Part shown: positions 1 to 7,751 of the stretch, one piece after another
Layout of the letters: every line of letters begins with the position of its first letter
Position numbering within the stretch: position 1 is the stretch's first letter
Virus record (IMG/VR): IMGVR_UViG_3300032116_000117
Span: 57,576-77,575 of that record
Length of the DNA: 20,000 nucleotides
Strand: one strand, 5' to 3'
Source of the DNA: an uncultured virus (IMG/VR IMGVR_UViG_3300032116_000117)
Taxonomy: Duplodnaviria; Heunggongvirae; Uroviricota; Caudoviricetes
The notes under the pieces: generated by a model
Told to the model about the DNA's origin: nothing
Database searches by the model: none
What the model saw: only the letters and a program-made list of their open reading frames with translations
Position numbers and translations under genes: made by a program

Positions 1-1789
1 TATCCGGCAGACCTTCTCCCTCATTTACTGCATATCGAGTAATAGGAATGTAAACAATCTCGTCGCTATCATCAAAAGCCTCAAGTTCATCTGATGTAAG
101 AGTCTTTAGATGCGGAGCATCATTATACTCAACTGTGAGACTGCCGCTATCCTTAGAAGCACCATAAATAAAGAATACATCTTGATCGCTAACACTACCC
201 TTGCTAGAACGAGTCCCAACTTTTCGTGGACTATTGCTCTTAATAAGATCCTTATAGTCAGAGACTTTCATGATCTTATCAGAACCAACGTCCGCAATAA
301 GTTGATCAAATCCTTCGTCTGACTTTGATACGTCCTTAGTATCAACCATCAAATAAGCAAAACAATCGTTCTCATTGCAATAACGAGTCACAATCTTTTT
401 AGCAGTTTCTTCGCTCTTAATATCGCAAACAAAGAAACTAAGCGGCCCAGTTTTGCGACCACTAGCACTCCAATAATATTCACCCTTACCAGTAAGAGTG
501 TTGTGGTGAAGTTTATCTGTGAGATAAACCATGCGACGAGAACGATAGCCAGCACTTCTATAGTTAAAAACATACAGACTCTTACCAGCAGAAATCTTAT
601 ATTCCAGATCTTCTCCGCTGTTGATATTGTGTACCTTGCCCTGAGCATCCTTCCAAGATGCACCAACGCCCCAGCCACCAGCAAGATCATTCAACTGGTA
701 ATAAGTTGTGATTGCTTCGATCTTTGTTTTTGCAGCCTCAATCTTCTTGCTGAATTCTTCCTTCATCTCAAGATAAATACCCTGAGTCTTTTCACGCAGA
801 GTCTTAATCACAGACTTTGTATACTGCAAACCTTCACGGGAAACATCCATCTCAAGTTCACCGATACCAAAGTCAAGTTCCAGATAAAGATTCTGGTTGA
901 GAATTTCTGTGATGAAACTCTTCCAAGAATCAATATCTGCCTTACCAAAGGCACGATTCCACTTGGCAATATGATCTGGTTGCTCCGCTTTCTGCTCTCC
1001 CACAAGTTGAGGAGCATTAACAGGGTACGCAATATTGCCCATAAGAGCAATAATCCCGCTATCAATCTTGTGATAAACGCTAGGATAATGATTGGTATCA
1101 TTAGACAAACGACAAACTCTCCAGCCATCACCGCTGATAATAATATTCTTGTTGCTATAAGCATGATCCTTGAGACTAGGAATAACACCCCCCTCAATAA
1201 TCGGCTTCATCTTAAAGTAATGGAAAATGCGAATAGCCTTCTGACTAAACTCAGAGAAATCGTACTGCTTAACAGCAAAACTAATCTCAAGACCATTAGG
1301 CTCATCTGTTTCACAAGAATTGAACAGATTAAGAGTAGGCACACCATTATCGTCAATAGCGGCGATATAGGTATACTTCATACCGTTGTAATAAGAACTG
1401 GTGGTAAAACTCTTGGTATAAGCAAATGGACTCTTACTACCAAGACCAAGACAACCCACAAAATCGTTGCTATCATTTTTGTTACTAGCACCGTAGGTTG
1501 TATACAGGTTCTCCATATCAGTCTGACTAAGACCAGTACCATAATCACGCACCGCAAAATTAGGATTAGCAGCGGTTGGCAACGTCACCTTAAACGGATT
1601 TTTATTACCAGCACTAACATGACTGTCATAAGCATTAGTAGACAGTTCACGAATAACCGCCATTACCTTATCGGAATAAAGAGAATCCGAAAGGATCTTA
1701 AACATTTTGCTGGTTTGTGCGATTGTGAATCCTGACGCACTTTGAACACCAGCACTATGAGTCTCAATAACACGATCTGCCAACTTCAT
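1..1789 (-). CDS. rIIA: rIIA-like protein (N-terminal GHKL/HATPase domain), 3' end beyond the window edge
   Basis: Not in the ORF track because it runs off the edge. Hand translation from ATG at 1789 (RBS GGAG) gives MKLADRVIETHSAGVQSASGFTIAQTSKMFKILSDSLYSDKVMAVIRELSTNAYDSH...VRDYGTGLS...YTTYGASNKNDSNDFVGCLGLGSKSPFAY. RELxxNAxD, DxGxG and GxxGLGSKSPFAY match the rIIA N-terminal GHKL pattern. The same frame is open at the window's first bases (..DEIVYIPITRYAVNEGEGLPD). Confidence 0.88.
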   Translation of the reverse strand, partial: MKLADRVIETHSAGVQSASGFTIAQTSKMFKILSDSLYSDKVMAVIRELSTNAYDSHVSAGNKNPFKVTLPTAANPNFAVRDYGTGLSQTDMENLYTTYGASNKNDSNDFVGCLGLGSKSPFAYTKSFTTSSYYNGMKYTYIAAIDDNGVPTLNLFNSCETDEPNGLEISFAVKQYDFSEFSQKAIRIFHYFKMKPIIEGGVIPSLKDHAYSNKNIIISGDGWRVCRLSNDTNHYPSVYHKIDSGIIALMGNIAYPVNAPQLVGEQKAEQPDHIAKWNRAFGKADIDSWKSFITEILNQNLYLELDFGIGELEMDVSREGLQYTKSVIKTLREKTQGIYLEMKEEFSKKIEAAKTKIEAITTYYQLNDLAGGWGVGASWKDAQGKVHNINSGEDLEYKISAGKSLYVFNYRSAGYRSRRMVYLTDKLHHNTLTGKGEYYWSASGRKTGPLSFFVCDIKSEETAKKIVTRYCNENDCFAYLMVDTKDVSKSDEGFDQLIADVGSDKIMKVSDYKDLIKSNSPRKVGTRSSKGSVSDQDVFFIYGASKDSGSLTVEYNDAPHLKTLTSDELEAFDDSDEIVYIPITRYAVNEGEGLPD

Positions 1790-1833
1790 CTTATGTCTCC
1801 AAATTTCCTGTGAATCGTTCCTGTGATAGTCCC

Positions 1834-1861
1834 ATCATACCATACGTTATCGGCTTGTCAA
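1834..1861 (-). promoter_or_regulatory. sigma70-like promoter for rIIA, with CGATA spacer box
   Basis: TTGACA-AGCCGATAACGTATGG-TATGAT, 16-bp spacer, extended -10 TG. Confidence 0.8.
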
Positions 1862-1862
1862 C

Positions 1863-2099
1863 TCACGTTTCTTTAGATTTGATCGCAACCCATCCTAAAT
1901 ATGCTGTAAGCAAGCCAAAAATTTTGAGTACGTTTACAGGAAGAAAAAACCAATATATTCCTATAAAAATACTTGCTAATCCCATTATCCATATAATAAA
2001 ACGTGGAATAAATCTAGATTTACTTAATAACCAAGTTGCTGGCCCAAGTAGCACCACAAATAAAAACATTAGCGATACTAATAGTGCTAAACTAGCCAT
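1863..2099 (-). CDS. small membrane protein (about 3 TM helices)
   Basis: 78 aa, almost entirely hydrophobic; start overlaps the stop of the upstream gene. Confidence 0.7.
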   Translation of the reverse strand: MASLALLVSLMFLFVVLLGPATWLLSKSRFIPRFIIWIMGLASIFIGIYWFFLPVNVLKIFGLLTAYLGWVAIKSKET

Positions 2100-2431
2100 T
2101 AATAATCTTCTTTATCATTATCTTCGTCATCATCATATTTGTAGTATTCCTCATAGTGAGAATCTGTCCCGTAAGGATTCCAAGAGTCCTCATTATCTTC
2201 ATCGGAATCTAATTCTCCTTGATCTTCTACTTCTTCCAGAAAAATGGATATTGTATTTAAAATATCAAACATTTTATTTACGGTATCATCAATATGATAA
2301 ATTTTTTCTTCAATATTTTTGATTGACTTTTTAATTCCAGATATATCTTTTGATATACCTATGTCTGTATTATGAAGAGTTTGGTGATTTTTTGTGATTT
2401 GTTTAATTATATCTTCATAAGAATCAGACAT
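2099..2431 (-). CDS. hypothetical protein, coiled coil with acidic C-terminal tail
   Basis: 110 aa, RBS AAGGAG, heptad-like N-terminal half, D/E/Y-rich tail. Confidence 0.75.
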   Translation of the reverse strand: MSDSYEDIIKQITKNHQTLHNTDIGISKDISGIKKSIKNIEEKIYHIDDTVNKMFDILNTISIFLEEVEDQGELDSDEDNEDSWNPYGTDSHYEEYYKYDDDEDNDKEDY

Positions 2432-2464
2432 AAAGTTCTCCTTTTAATAATCTATATTACACCA

Positions 2465-2998
2465 CTACCCACATCTACATTGGTATTTATTACAATAGTT
2501 GCATTTTGGGCCTGGGCTATTAAATCCCCAAGCATTAGCATCTCTATTAAAACTCTCAGATCCAGTATCAATACAAACCAGTTTGGCCTTATTATTTCGT
2601 TTAATGTATCCCATGTTGTAGTAATGGCAATCCCAAAATTTTAGTTTGGTTTTCTTCTCAATAGATTGCACAAGAGATTGTATTTCTTTTAGTCTTTTCT
2701 TCATTACTGTTTCATCAGCAATTCTGGCTCGTTCTGTAACATATCCCCAGTTAGTTTGATCTGGATATGTATAGTCTCCATAGCCTCCCACCGTTACTAC
2801 TATTTCAAGTTTGCAAATTTTACCATAAACTTTAGGGGCAAGACCAAATTTGCTCAATAATTTTTGCTTGTTGTAAGCATTGGTCGCTGATTTTTTACTA
2901 CGAAATTGCTTAAATCCAAGATTTTTATTTTCTTTGATGTTGTAGAATTCCGCACTACCACCCTCATCAAACCTATTAAGATCAATTGTGTATTTCAT
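2465..2998 (-). CDS. minimal protein-kinase-like fold protein with C-terminal Cys cluster
   Basis: Gly loop EGGSAEFY, Lys in GFKQF, LAPKVYG, catalytic loop DCHYYN, metal loop CIDTG, C-terminal CNYCxxxxCxC; start placed at MKYTID after AAGGAAG. Confidence 0.7.
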   Translation of the reverse strand: MKYTIDLNRFDEGGSAEFYNIKENKNLGFKQFRSKKSATNAYNKQKLLSKFGLAPKVYGKICKLEIVVTVGGYGDYTYPDQTNWGYVTERARIADETVMKKRLKEIQSLVQSIEKKTKLKFWDCHYYNMGYIKRNNKAKLVCIDTGSESFNRDANAWGFNSPGPKCNYCNKYQCRCG

Positions 2999-3314
2999 CT
3001 TCCTTAACCTTATTACCACTCAATTGTTCAACAATATAAACTGCTACTTTTAAATCTGGGGTTTCAAATATTTTAATCGGACCTCTTGGTATATCCATCT
3101 TAAATGTTGCATAAACAGCGTAGTACGTTTCGTTTAATCCTAAACCATCCACATTAAAGTATTCCTCTAGAGAATTTACTTCTTCTGGAATCGTTCCGCC
3201 ATTATAGTCACTAATATCTCGCAGAGTATAAATATGATAATGAAGAATATTAGATCGTTTATTACCTTCATTAGAACACCATCCCTTAAAATATTTATTT
3301 GGATAACTTACCAT
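2982..3314 (-). CDS. hypothetical protein
   Basis: 110-aa ORF overlapping both neighbours in the operon. Confidence 0.7.
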   Translation of the reverse strand: MVSYPNKYFKGWCSNEGNKRSNILHYHIYTLRDISDYNGGTIPEEVNSLEEYFNVDGLGLNETYYAVYATFKMDIPRGPIKIFETPDLKVAVYIVEQLSGNKVKEDEIHN

Positions 3315-3840
3315 ATTTTTCTTTAAACTCCTTTTCGTTTCGATACAAAGGAATCAGAGCATCTTGATTAGCGAACTGATTATAAATCATTGTGAGATTA
3401 AACATATCTCCTCTATCATTAATAGTTGCCCAAGCAATATTTTTATATTCTGAATTACTGTTAATTTCTTTCGAGTGATTTTCTAAATATTCTATGGCTC
3501 TTTTCATTCTAGGAATATCTTCGTTAAAGTTTCCTATCGCTCTATTACAGTTATGGCATAAATGTCCTCTAAAAATATCAGAAGCATGATTGTGATCTGC
3601 TGTCCATACGGTTTTTGATCGTCCCCCTATTCCCTCAAGGTCTGTTTTATTTTTTAAACAAACTGGGCAGATATAATCTTCTGTGGGTTGACCATGTAAC
3701 TCTCTAATTTGTTTTCTCTTCTTATTAAGCATATTATTACATTTCTTACATTCTGGTCTTTTATAGTTACCTCCACCAGAAGGAGAAAAGAAAGACAAAT
3801 CTAATACTTGATGACATTTATTACACTTTTTTGTAGACAT
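3295..3840 (-). CDS. endonuclease VII-family (His-Me finger) nuclease, probable homing endonuclease
   Basis: N-terminal CxxC...CxxC; core CPVC...DHNH...RGHLCHNCNRAIG typical of Endo VII; RBS AAAGGT directly after the tRNA. Confidence 0.82.
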   Translation of the reverse strand: MSTKKCNKCHQVLDLSFFSPSGGGNYKRPECKKCNNMLNKKRKQIRELHGQPTEDYICPVCLKNKTDLEGIGGRSKTVWTADHNHASDIFRGHLCHNCNRAIGNFNEDIPRMKRAIEYLENHSKEINSNSEYKNIAWATINDRGDMFNLTMIYNQFANQDALIPLYRNEKEFKEKYGKLSK

Positions 3841-3855
3841 TGTTTACCTTTCTAA

Positions 3856-3928
3856 TAGGAGTGGTGGGAGTCGAACCCACACTGTATGGATTTTAAGTCC
3901 ACTGTCTCTGCCATTGGACTACACTCCC
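3856..3928 (-). tRNA. tRNA-Leu(UAA), short variable loop, CCA not encoded
   Basis: Acceptor GGGAGTG/CACTCCT+A73, D arm GTC..TGG..GAC, anticodon arm GTGGA-CTTAAAA-TCCAT, T arm GTGGG-TTCGACT-CCCAC. Confidence 0.93.
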
Positions 3929-3930
3929 AT

Positions 3931-4014
3931 ATGATAATCGACCACAACAATCAATGATTTGAGGTTGATTTTCTGTGTGCCTCTACCATTTAAACTGTTG
4001 TGATCGACTATCAT
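3931..4014 (-). ncRNA. putative structured RNA (long rod-like hairpin) abutting the tRNA-Leu 5' end
   Basis: Minus strand ATGATAGTCGATCACAACAGTT...GATTGTTGTGGTCGATTATCAT forms ~22 bp whose non-Watson-Crick pairs are G-U; inner stems AATGGT/ATCATT and GAGG/CCTC. Confidence 0.55.
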
Positions 4015-4025
4015 TGGTTTAAAAA

Positions 4026-4307
4026 TCAGCCGTTAGCATGAGCCTTGATTCGACGAACAACCTCTGCCATAGCCTCTACATTATCAACCGTCTTGGTTGG
4101 CTTCGCACGTTCCATAGAGGGAAGATCAATACCCTTGGCCTTTAGTGCTTCTTTGGTACGAGCATAACGAGCCATCGTACTAGCAACCTTTTGACCAGTC
4201 TTTGACGCAATCTCAGCATACGTCTTAGACGAATAAACAGCCTCAAGAAACTGCTCGTCGCTGCAACGAACACGGGTCTGCTTCTCAACAACATTAACTT
4301 CAGCCAT
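4026..4307 (-). CDS. small putative HTH DNA-binding protein
   Basis: 93 aa from MAEVNV with strong RBS GGAGG; SKTYAEIASKTGQKVASTMARY resembles a helix-turn-helix. Confidence 0.65.
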   Translation of the reverse strand: MAEVNVVEKQTRVRCSDEQFLEAVYSSKTYAEIASKTGQKVASTMARYARTKEALKAKGIDLPSMERAKPTKTVDNVEAMAEVVRRIKAHANG

Positions 4308-4383
4308 AATCAACCTCCAAATCATTTCCAATTTTATCTTTGCGAGTCAGTCGCTCGACTGATCCTCTCGCATCGACTACTTC

Positions 4384-4411
4384 ATTCTATCACACTGTAT
4401 CGACTTGTCAA
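4384..4411 (-). promoter_or_regulatory. sigma70-like promoter with CGATA box
   Basis: TTGACA-AGTCGATACAGTGTGA-TAGAAT, 16-bp spacer. Confidence 0.8.
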
Positions 4412-4432
4412 CACCACAGACTTGAATTTTTC

Positions 4433-5134
4433 TCATTCAAGCACATAACTCCAATATCGACTATCTTCTTTATTCTGAAGAGCATCCCAATAGATAGATC
4501 GTGCAATATAAGAAGGAACTTTGAGTATTCCACAATTAACCATCCAATGACGCTCCATCTTCTTATAGGTAGTTGAACCGCTCTTACTCTTATTATACTT
4601 GAGATGTTCCATATCGTAAAGGCGAAGTTGATGAACATCTCCACACAATACTCGTGCCTCATTAGGATGAATCATTTCAAGAGCAAAACTAATTTTAGCC
4701 AACCCAATTCCACTAATCTTATTCAGAATACTATCACGCTTCTTAACATGACCCTTCTTAGATGTAAAATAAAAGTCTTTAGGATTAGCCCAAAACTTCT
4801 CACTAAAATCCCAGATATAATTGGTGCGATTGTTATGCAACCCGACGCCGCTCTTGTGAAGTTTATTCAGCAAAGTTTCCTTGCTGTCAATCCACTCGTT
4901 AAAATTCTTGATAGCATTATATCCGGCACAATTACCCTTCCAAGTAGTATGTACGCTGCAATAGGCAAAGAGATAGCGACGGAAAATATCCTCAACATTC
5001 TGAGGACGAACACTCTCCCAATATTGCTTGTATGAAACAACCTTGTCTTTGGGGAAGTTCTCAAAGAAAATATCTGCCTTGGTCTTGTCCAAAGTGGTAT
5101 TCTGAACAGGAATAACTGTGTTCTCAACAATCAT
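4433..5134 (-). CDS. HhH-superfamily DNA glycosylase, Ogg2 (8-oxoguanine glycosylase)-like
   Basis: HhH motif RDSILNKISGIGLAKISFALEM followed by CGDVHQLR (catalytic Asp position), plus HNNRTNYI and YKKMER segments that parallel Ogg2; RBS GGAG before MIVENT. Confidence 0.7.
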   Translation of the reverse strand: MIVENTVIPVQNTTLDKTKADIFFENFPKDKVVSYKQYWESVRPQNVEDIFRRYLFAYCSVHTTWKGNCAGYNAIKNFNEWIDSKETLLNKLHKSGVGLHNNRTNYIWDFSEKFWANPKDFYFTSKKGHVKKRDSILNKISGIGLAKISFALEMIHPNEARVLCGDVHQLRLYDMEHLKYNKSKSGSTTYKKMERHWMVNCGILKVPSYIARSIYWDALQNKEDSRYWSYVLE

Positions 5135-5169
5135 GGGTTTCTCCAAAAGTTTTCAAGTGTGATGCTACG

Positions 5170-5198
5170 ATTCTACACTACTTGTATCGTCTTGTCAA
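5170..5198 (-). promoter_or_regulatory. sigma70-like promoter with CGATA box
   Basis: TTGACA-AGACGATACAAGTAGTG-TAGAAT, 17-bp spacer. Confidence 0.78.
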
Positions 5199-5200
5199 GA

Positions 5201-5677
5201 CTAATCTCTTGAGTCTGCAAACAGCAAATTTTTATATTTCAATATTCTTTCTTGAACTTTTTTTATTTTAATATCATAATTAGAAAATGATTCTTTGTAA
5301 TTATGATTAATAAGTTGCAAATATCTAGTATTTATATCACAACTTTTGATTTTATTATTGTTTCCAAGATCTATATCAACTGTGCTAATATCAGTTTGTA
5401 ATAAAGTTTTTACTAAAATATCAATTTGAATACTATTATATAAATATCTGTTTAGTAGATGACTATCTTTTTTATGTTTTAATGAGTAGATTAAATTAAA
5501 TTTTTCTTTTGGTAAATCAATAGCATAAAAATTATTGGCTTCGACTATAATATCAATATCTTCTATATCATTATATCCTATATTAAACATATCAGAACAA
5601 CTACCAGTAAGTATCCAATAGTCGTATAACTCAGATAATTCTGTTAGAATATTTATAATACTAATACGATCAATCAT
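5201..5677 (-). CDS. pol-beta superfamily nucleotidyltransferase-like protein
   Basis: WILTGS...DIEDIDIIV (GS + DxD) and a later IQIDIL strand; very AT-rich; start overlaps the ligase stop (TAATG). Confidence 0.65.
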   Translation of the reverse strand: MIDRISIINILTELSELYDYWILTGSCSDMFNIGYNDIEDIDIIVEANNFYAIDLPKEKFNLIYSLKHKKDSHLLNRYLYNSIQIDILVKTLLQTDISTVDIDLGNNNKIKSCDINTRYLQLINHNYKESFSNYDIKIKKVQERILKYKNLLFADSRD

Positions 5678-6990
5678 TATATTGACCTGCTACTACCATG
5701 CAATATCTTAAATGTTGGAAAACGCAGACTAATTCCACCGTCTTGGTTTTTAGTTTCTTCAAAGTATTGAACAGTAATAATTTTGCCAAGAATCTTTTTA
5801 GGATTCTTATAAAACTCCTGTCGTTGCTCAATACTGAATCCACTTCCAACCCTAACCTTGTGTTTTTTATGTTCAATAGTTACACAACTCAACATAGTTT
5901 CTTCTTGTTCTTTTCCATCAAGCACATAACGAAATGGCCCCATTTCTGTGTCGATAACTGTGTATTCATCATCAAAAAACTTCTTAACCTTGAGCAAATC
6001 TTTGCTACGCTTACCTTTATATGGTTCATCTGCTCGTAGCATAACTCCCTCCCAACCATAATCAGCAGCCTTTTTAACCCATTCTTGGAAATGGTCATCA
6101 TCCTTAATTTTTTCCTGAGCAAGAATACTAAGACAAGCACAAGAATTATCCTTCATAACTTCTCGTAGATTATTATATCTGTGGCTATAAATCTTATGTT
6201 TCTCGCCTTTCTTGCTATAGAATTCGTCATGGCTAATCATATCAAAAATTTTGAATGACGGATTACTAATAGTATGATCCTTCTTACGAAGTTCTTTCAT
6301 TACTCCTTGAAAATCCTCATTGCCATCTTCATCCACAAGACAAAGTTCGCCATCAAAAACTACGTTAGTAACGCCCAAATTCTTGATGCCAGTAGCAACA
6401 ATATCAAGAGTATCAAAGATTTTTCCTGTGCGGGAATAAAAGGTAGTGTTCCCGCTATGATCAACAATAGCAACGCATCTAGCACCATCAATCTTTCTGC
6501 TAACATACCAGCCGTCCTTCCAATCTACAAGTTTTGGTTCATACTTATCAGCAAGAGCAACACTAAACTCTGGAATATGATCCTCTATAGCCTTATTGAT
6601 AATCTTGTCACCAGCACGGGTTTTCAAATCCTTGTCAATGATACAGTGAATAAGTTCCTCATGCTCAGGATGAGTATCAATAAAACTATTCACGGCAGCA
6701 ATAGCATCGTGGCCTGTAATAGCACGACCTTTAAGGTCATCCAAAAGATCAAAAAGACTCTTGTAAGAATTCTTTGACTTTAGATGCTTCTTCTTCTTTA
6801 GATTATCACTTGTGACAAAATATTGCCAAGTTGGATGGTAAGTATAGAGAAGAATATTCTTAGCAAAATTTGCGGAAGAATTATTAAAAATAGCACAATT
6901 AATTTTGATAATATCTTCTTTTTCTTTTGTGCTGCTAGTTGCTCTAAGAGCATTAACCATGTTTTGAACATAATCAAAATCGTGAATCAT
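5677..6990 (-). CDS. lig: ATP-dependent DNA ligase
   Basis: Motif I KIDGAR, III VFDGEL, IIIa FKIFDM, IV EGVMLR, V LLKVKK, OB domain VGSGFS and SLRFPTF; start MIHDF after AGGAG. Confidence 0.95.
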   Translation of the reverse strand: MIHDFDYVQNMVNALRATSSTKEKEDIIKINCAIFNNSSANFAKNILLYTYHPTWQYFVTSDNLKKKKHLKSKNSYKSLFDLLDDLKGRAITGHDAIAAVNSFIDTHPEHEELIHCIIDKDLKTRAGDKIINKAIEDHIPEFSVALADKYEPKLVDWKDGWYVSRKIDGARCVAIVDHSGNTTFYSRTGKIFDTLDIVATGIKNLGVTNVVFDGELCLVDEDGNEDFQGVMKELRKKDHTISNPSFKIFDMISHDEFYSKKGEKHKIYSHRYNNLREVMKDNSCACLSILAQEKIKDDDHFQEWVKKAADYGWEGVMLRADEPYKGKRSKDLLKVKKFFDDEYTVIDTEMGPFRYVLDGKEQEETMLSCVTIEHKKHKVRVGSGFSIEQRQEFYKNPKKILGKIITVQYFEETKNQDGGISLRFPTFKILHGSSRSI

Positions 6991-7013
6991 ATTTTTTCTC
7001 CTGTGTACGCTCC

Positions 7014-7048
7014 AGTATAGCATACGAAAGTCCTATTGTCAAGTATCG
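7014..7048 (-). promoter_or_regulatory. sigma70-like promoter for the ligase
   Basis: CGATAC-TTGACA-17 bp-TATACT with extended -10 TG. Confidence 0.78.
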
Positions 7049-7078
7049 TCAGAGACAAGGCCAAACTTTAATTTGAAA

Positions 7079-7747
7079 TTACTCAATAAATTTTCTATGA
7101 GTATTTCTAATATCATTACCGATATATGTAGTAGCATTTGGCCCTGTCCAATGATGATAGCATAATGATTTATTAGTAATAATTATTTCATTTTCTTTTG
7201 ATAATATTTTTTGTGGATAGTCAGCAGGAAAATTCATGGTTTTTAAACTATTATATAATTTTGGTATAATTTTTTTAGTTGCATAAAATAATTGATTTCC
7301 CCACGGAGGCTCATCACATAATGAGAAATATTTTTGTCTGTTTATTATTTTACCTTGCTTACCGTAATAGTCGTGCAGCAACATTAAATCTGCTTGTGGG
7401 AATTCTGTTTTTCCTTGTTTTATATTGTCAAATAGTTCACATCTGTCAAGAATTAGAGGAATGATATCATCTTCCATAATGATTACTTCTTCATAATTAT
7501 TCTTAATTAAAAACTCATAAAGCATACAAAAACTTGTGGCACAAGCAAGTTCTCCAAAAGATAGTGGCCTTCTTCTAATTTGTTCTTTATTGTATGAATA
7601 TATAAATTTATTATTTTCAATATCTCTTCTATCGTATGCTTTCCAAAAATTAATATTTAATCCTAAATTATCAATCCATTTTTTTTTAATATTTTCTTTT
7701 CTTTCTGTTGCTCTTTCCAAATTAATACAAAATATAGGGATAGTCAT
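7079..7747 (-). CDS. glycosyltransferase family 25
   Basis: N-terminal CINLERATERK, GELACATS, IIMEDD and PADY motifs typical of GT25. Confidence 0.85.
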   Translation of the reverse strand: MTIPIFCINLERATERKENIKKKWIDNLGLNINFWKAYDRRDIENNKFIYSYNKEQIRRRPLSFGELACATSFCMLYEFLIKNNYEEVIIMEDDIIPLILDRCELFDNIKQGKTEFPQADLMLLHDYYGKQGKIINRQKYFSLCDEPPWGNQLFYATKKIIPKLYNSLKTMNFPADYPQKILSKENEIIITNKSLCYHHWTGPNATTYIGNDIRNTHRKFIE

Positions 7748-7751
7748 ATTT

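Noticed and set aside
388..1197. Minus-strand 100-aa and 129-aa hydrophobic-looking ORFs
   Set aside because: They are out-of-frame ORFs nested inside rIIA.
503..1735. 410-aa plus-strand ORF (and the 110-322 ORF)
   Set aside because: It is the codon-aligned antisense shadow of the rIIA-like gene, with no RBS or recognisable motif. The real gene is on the minus strand and was missed because it runs off the window.
3931..4014. Rho-independent terminator reading of the long hairpin
   Set aside because: The stem is long and AU-rich with internal loops and has no U tract on the minus strand; the tRNA follows immediately.
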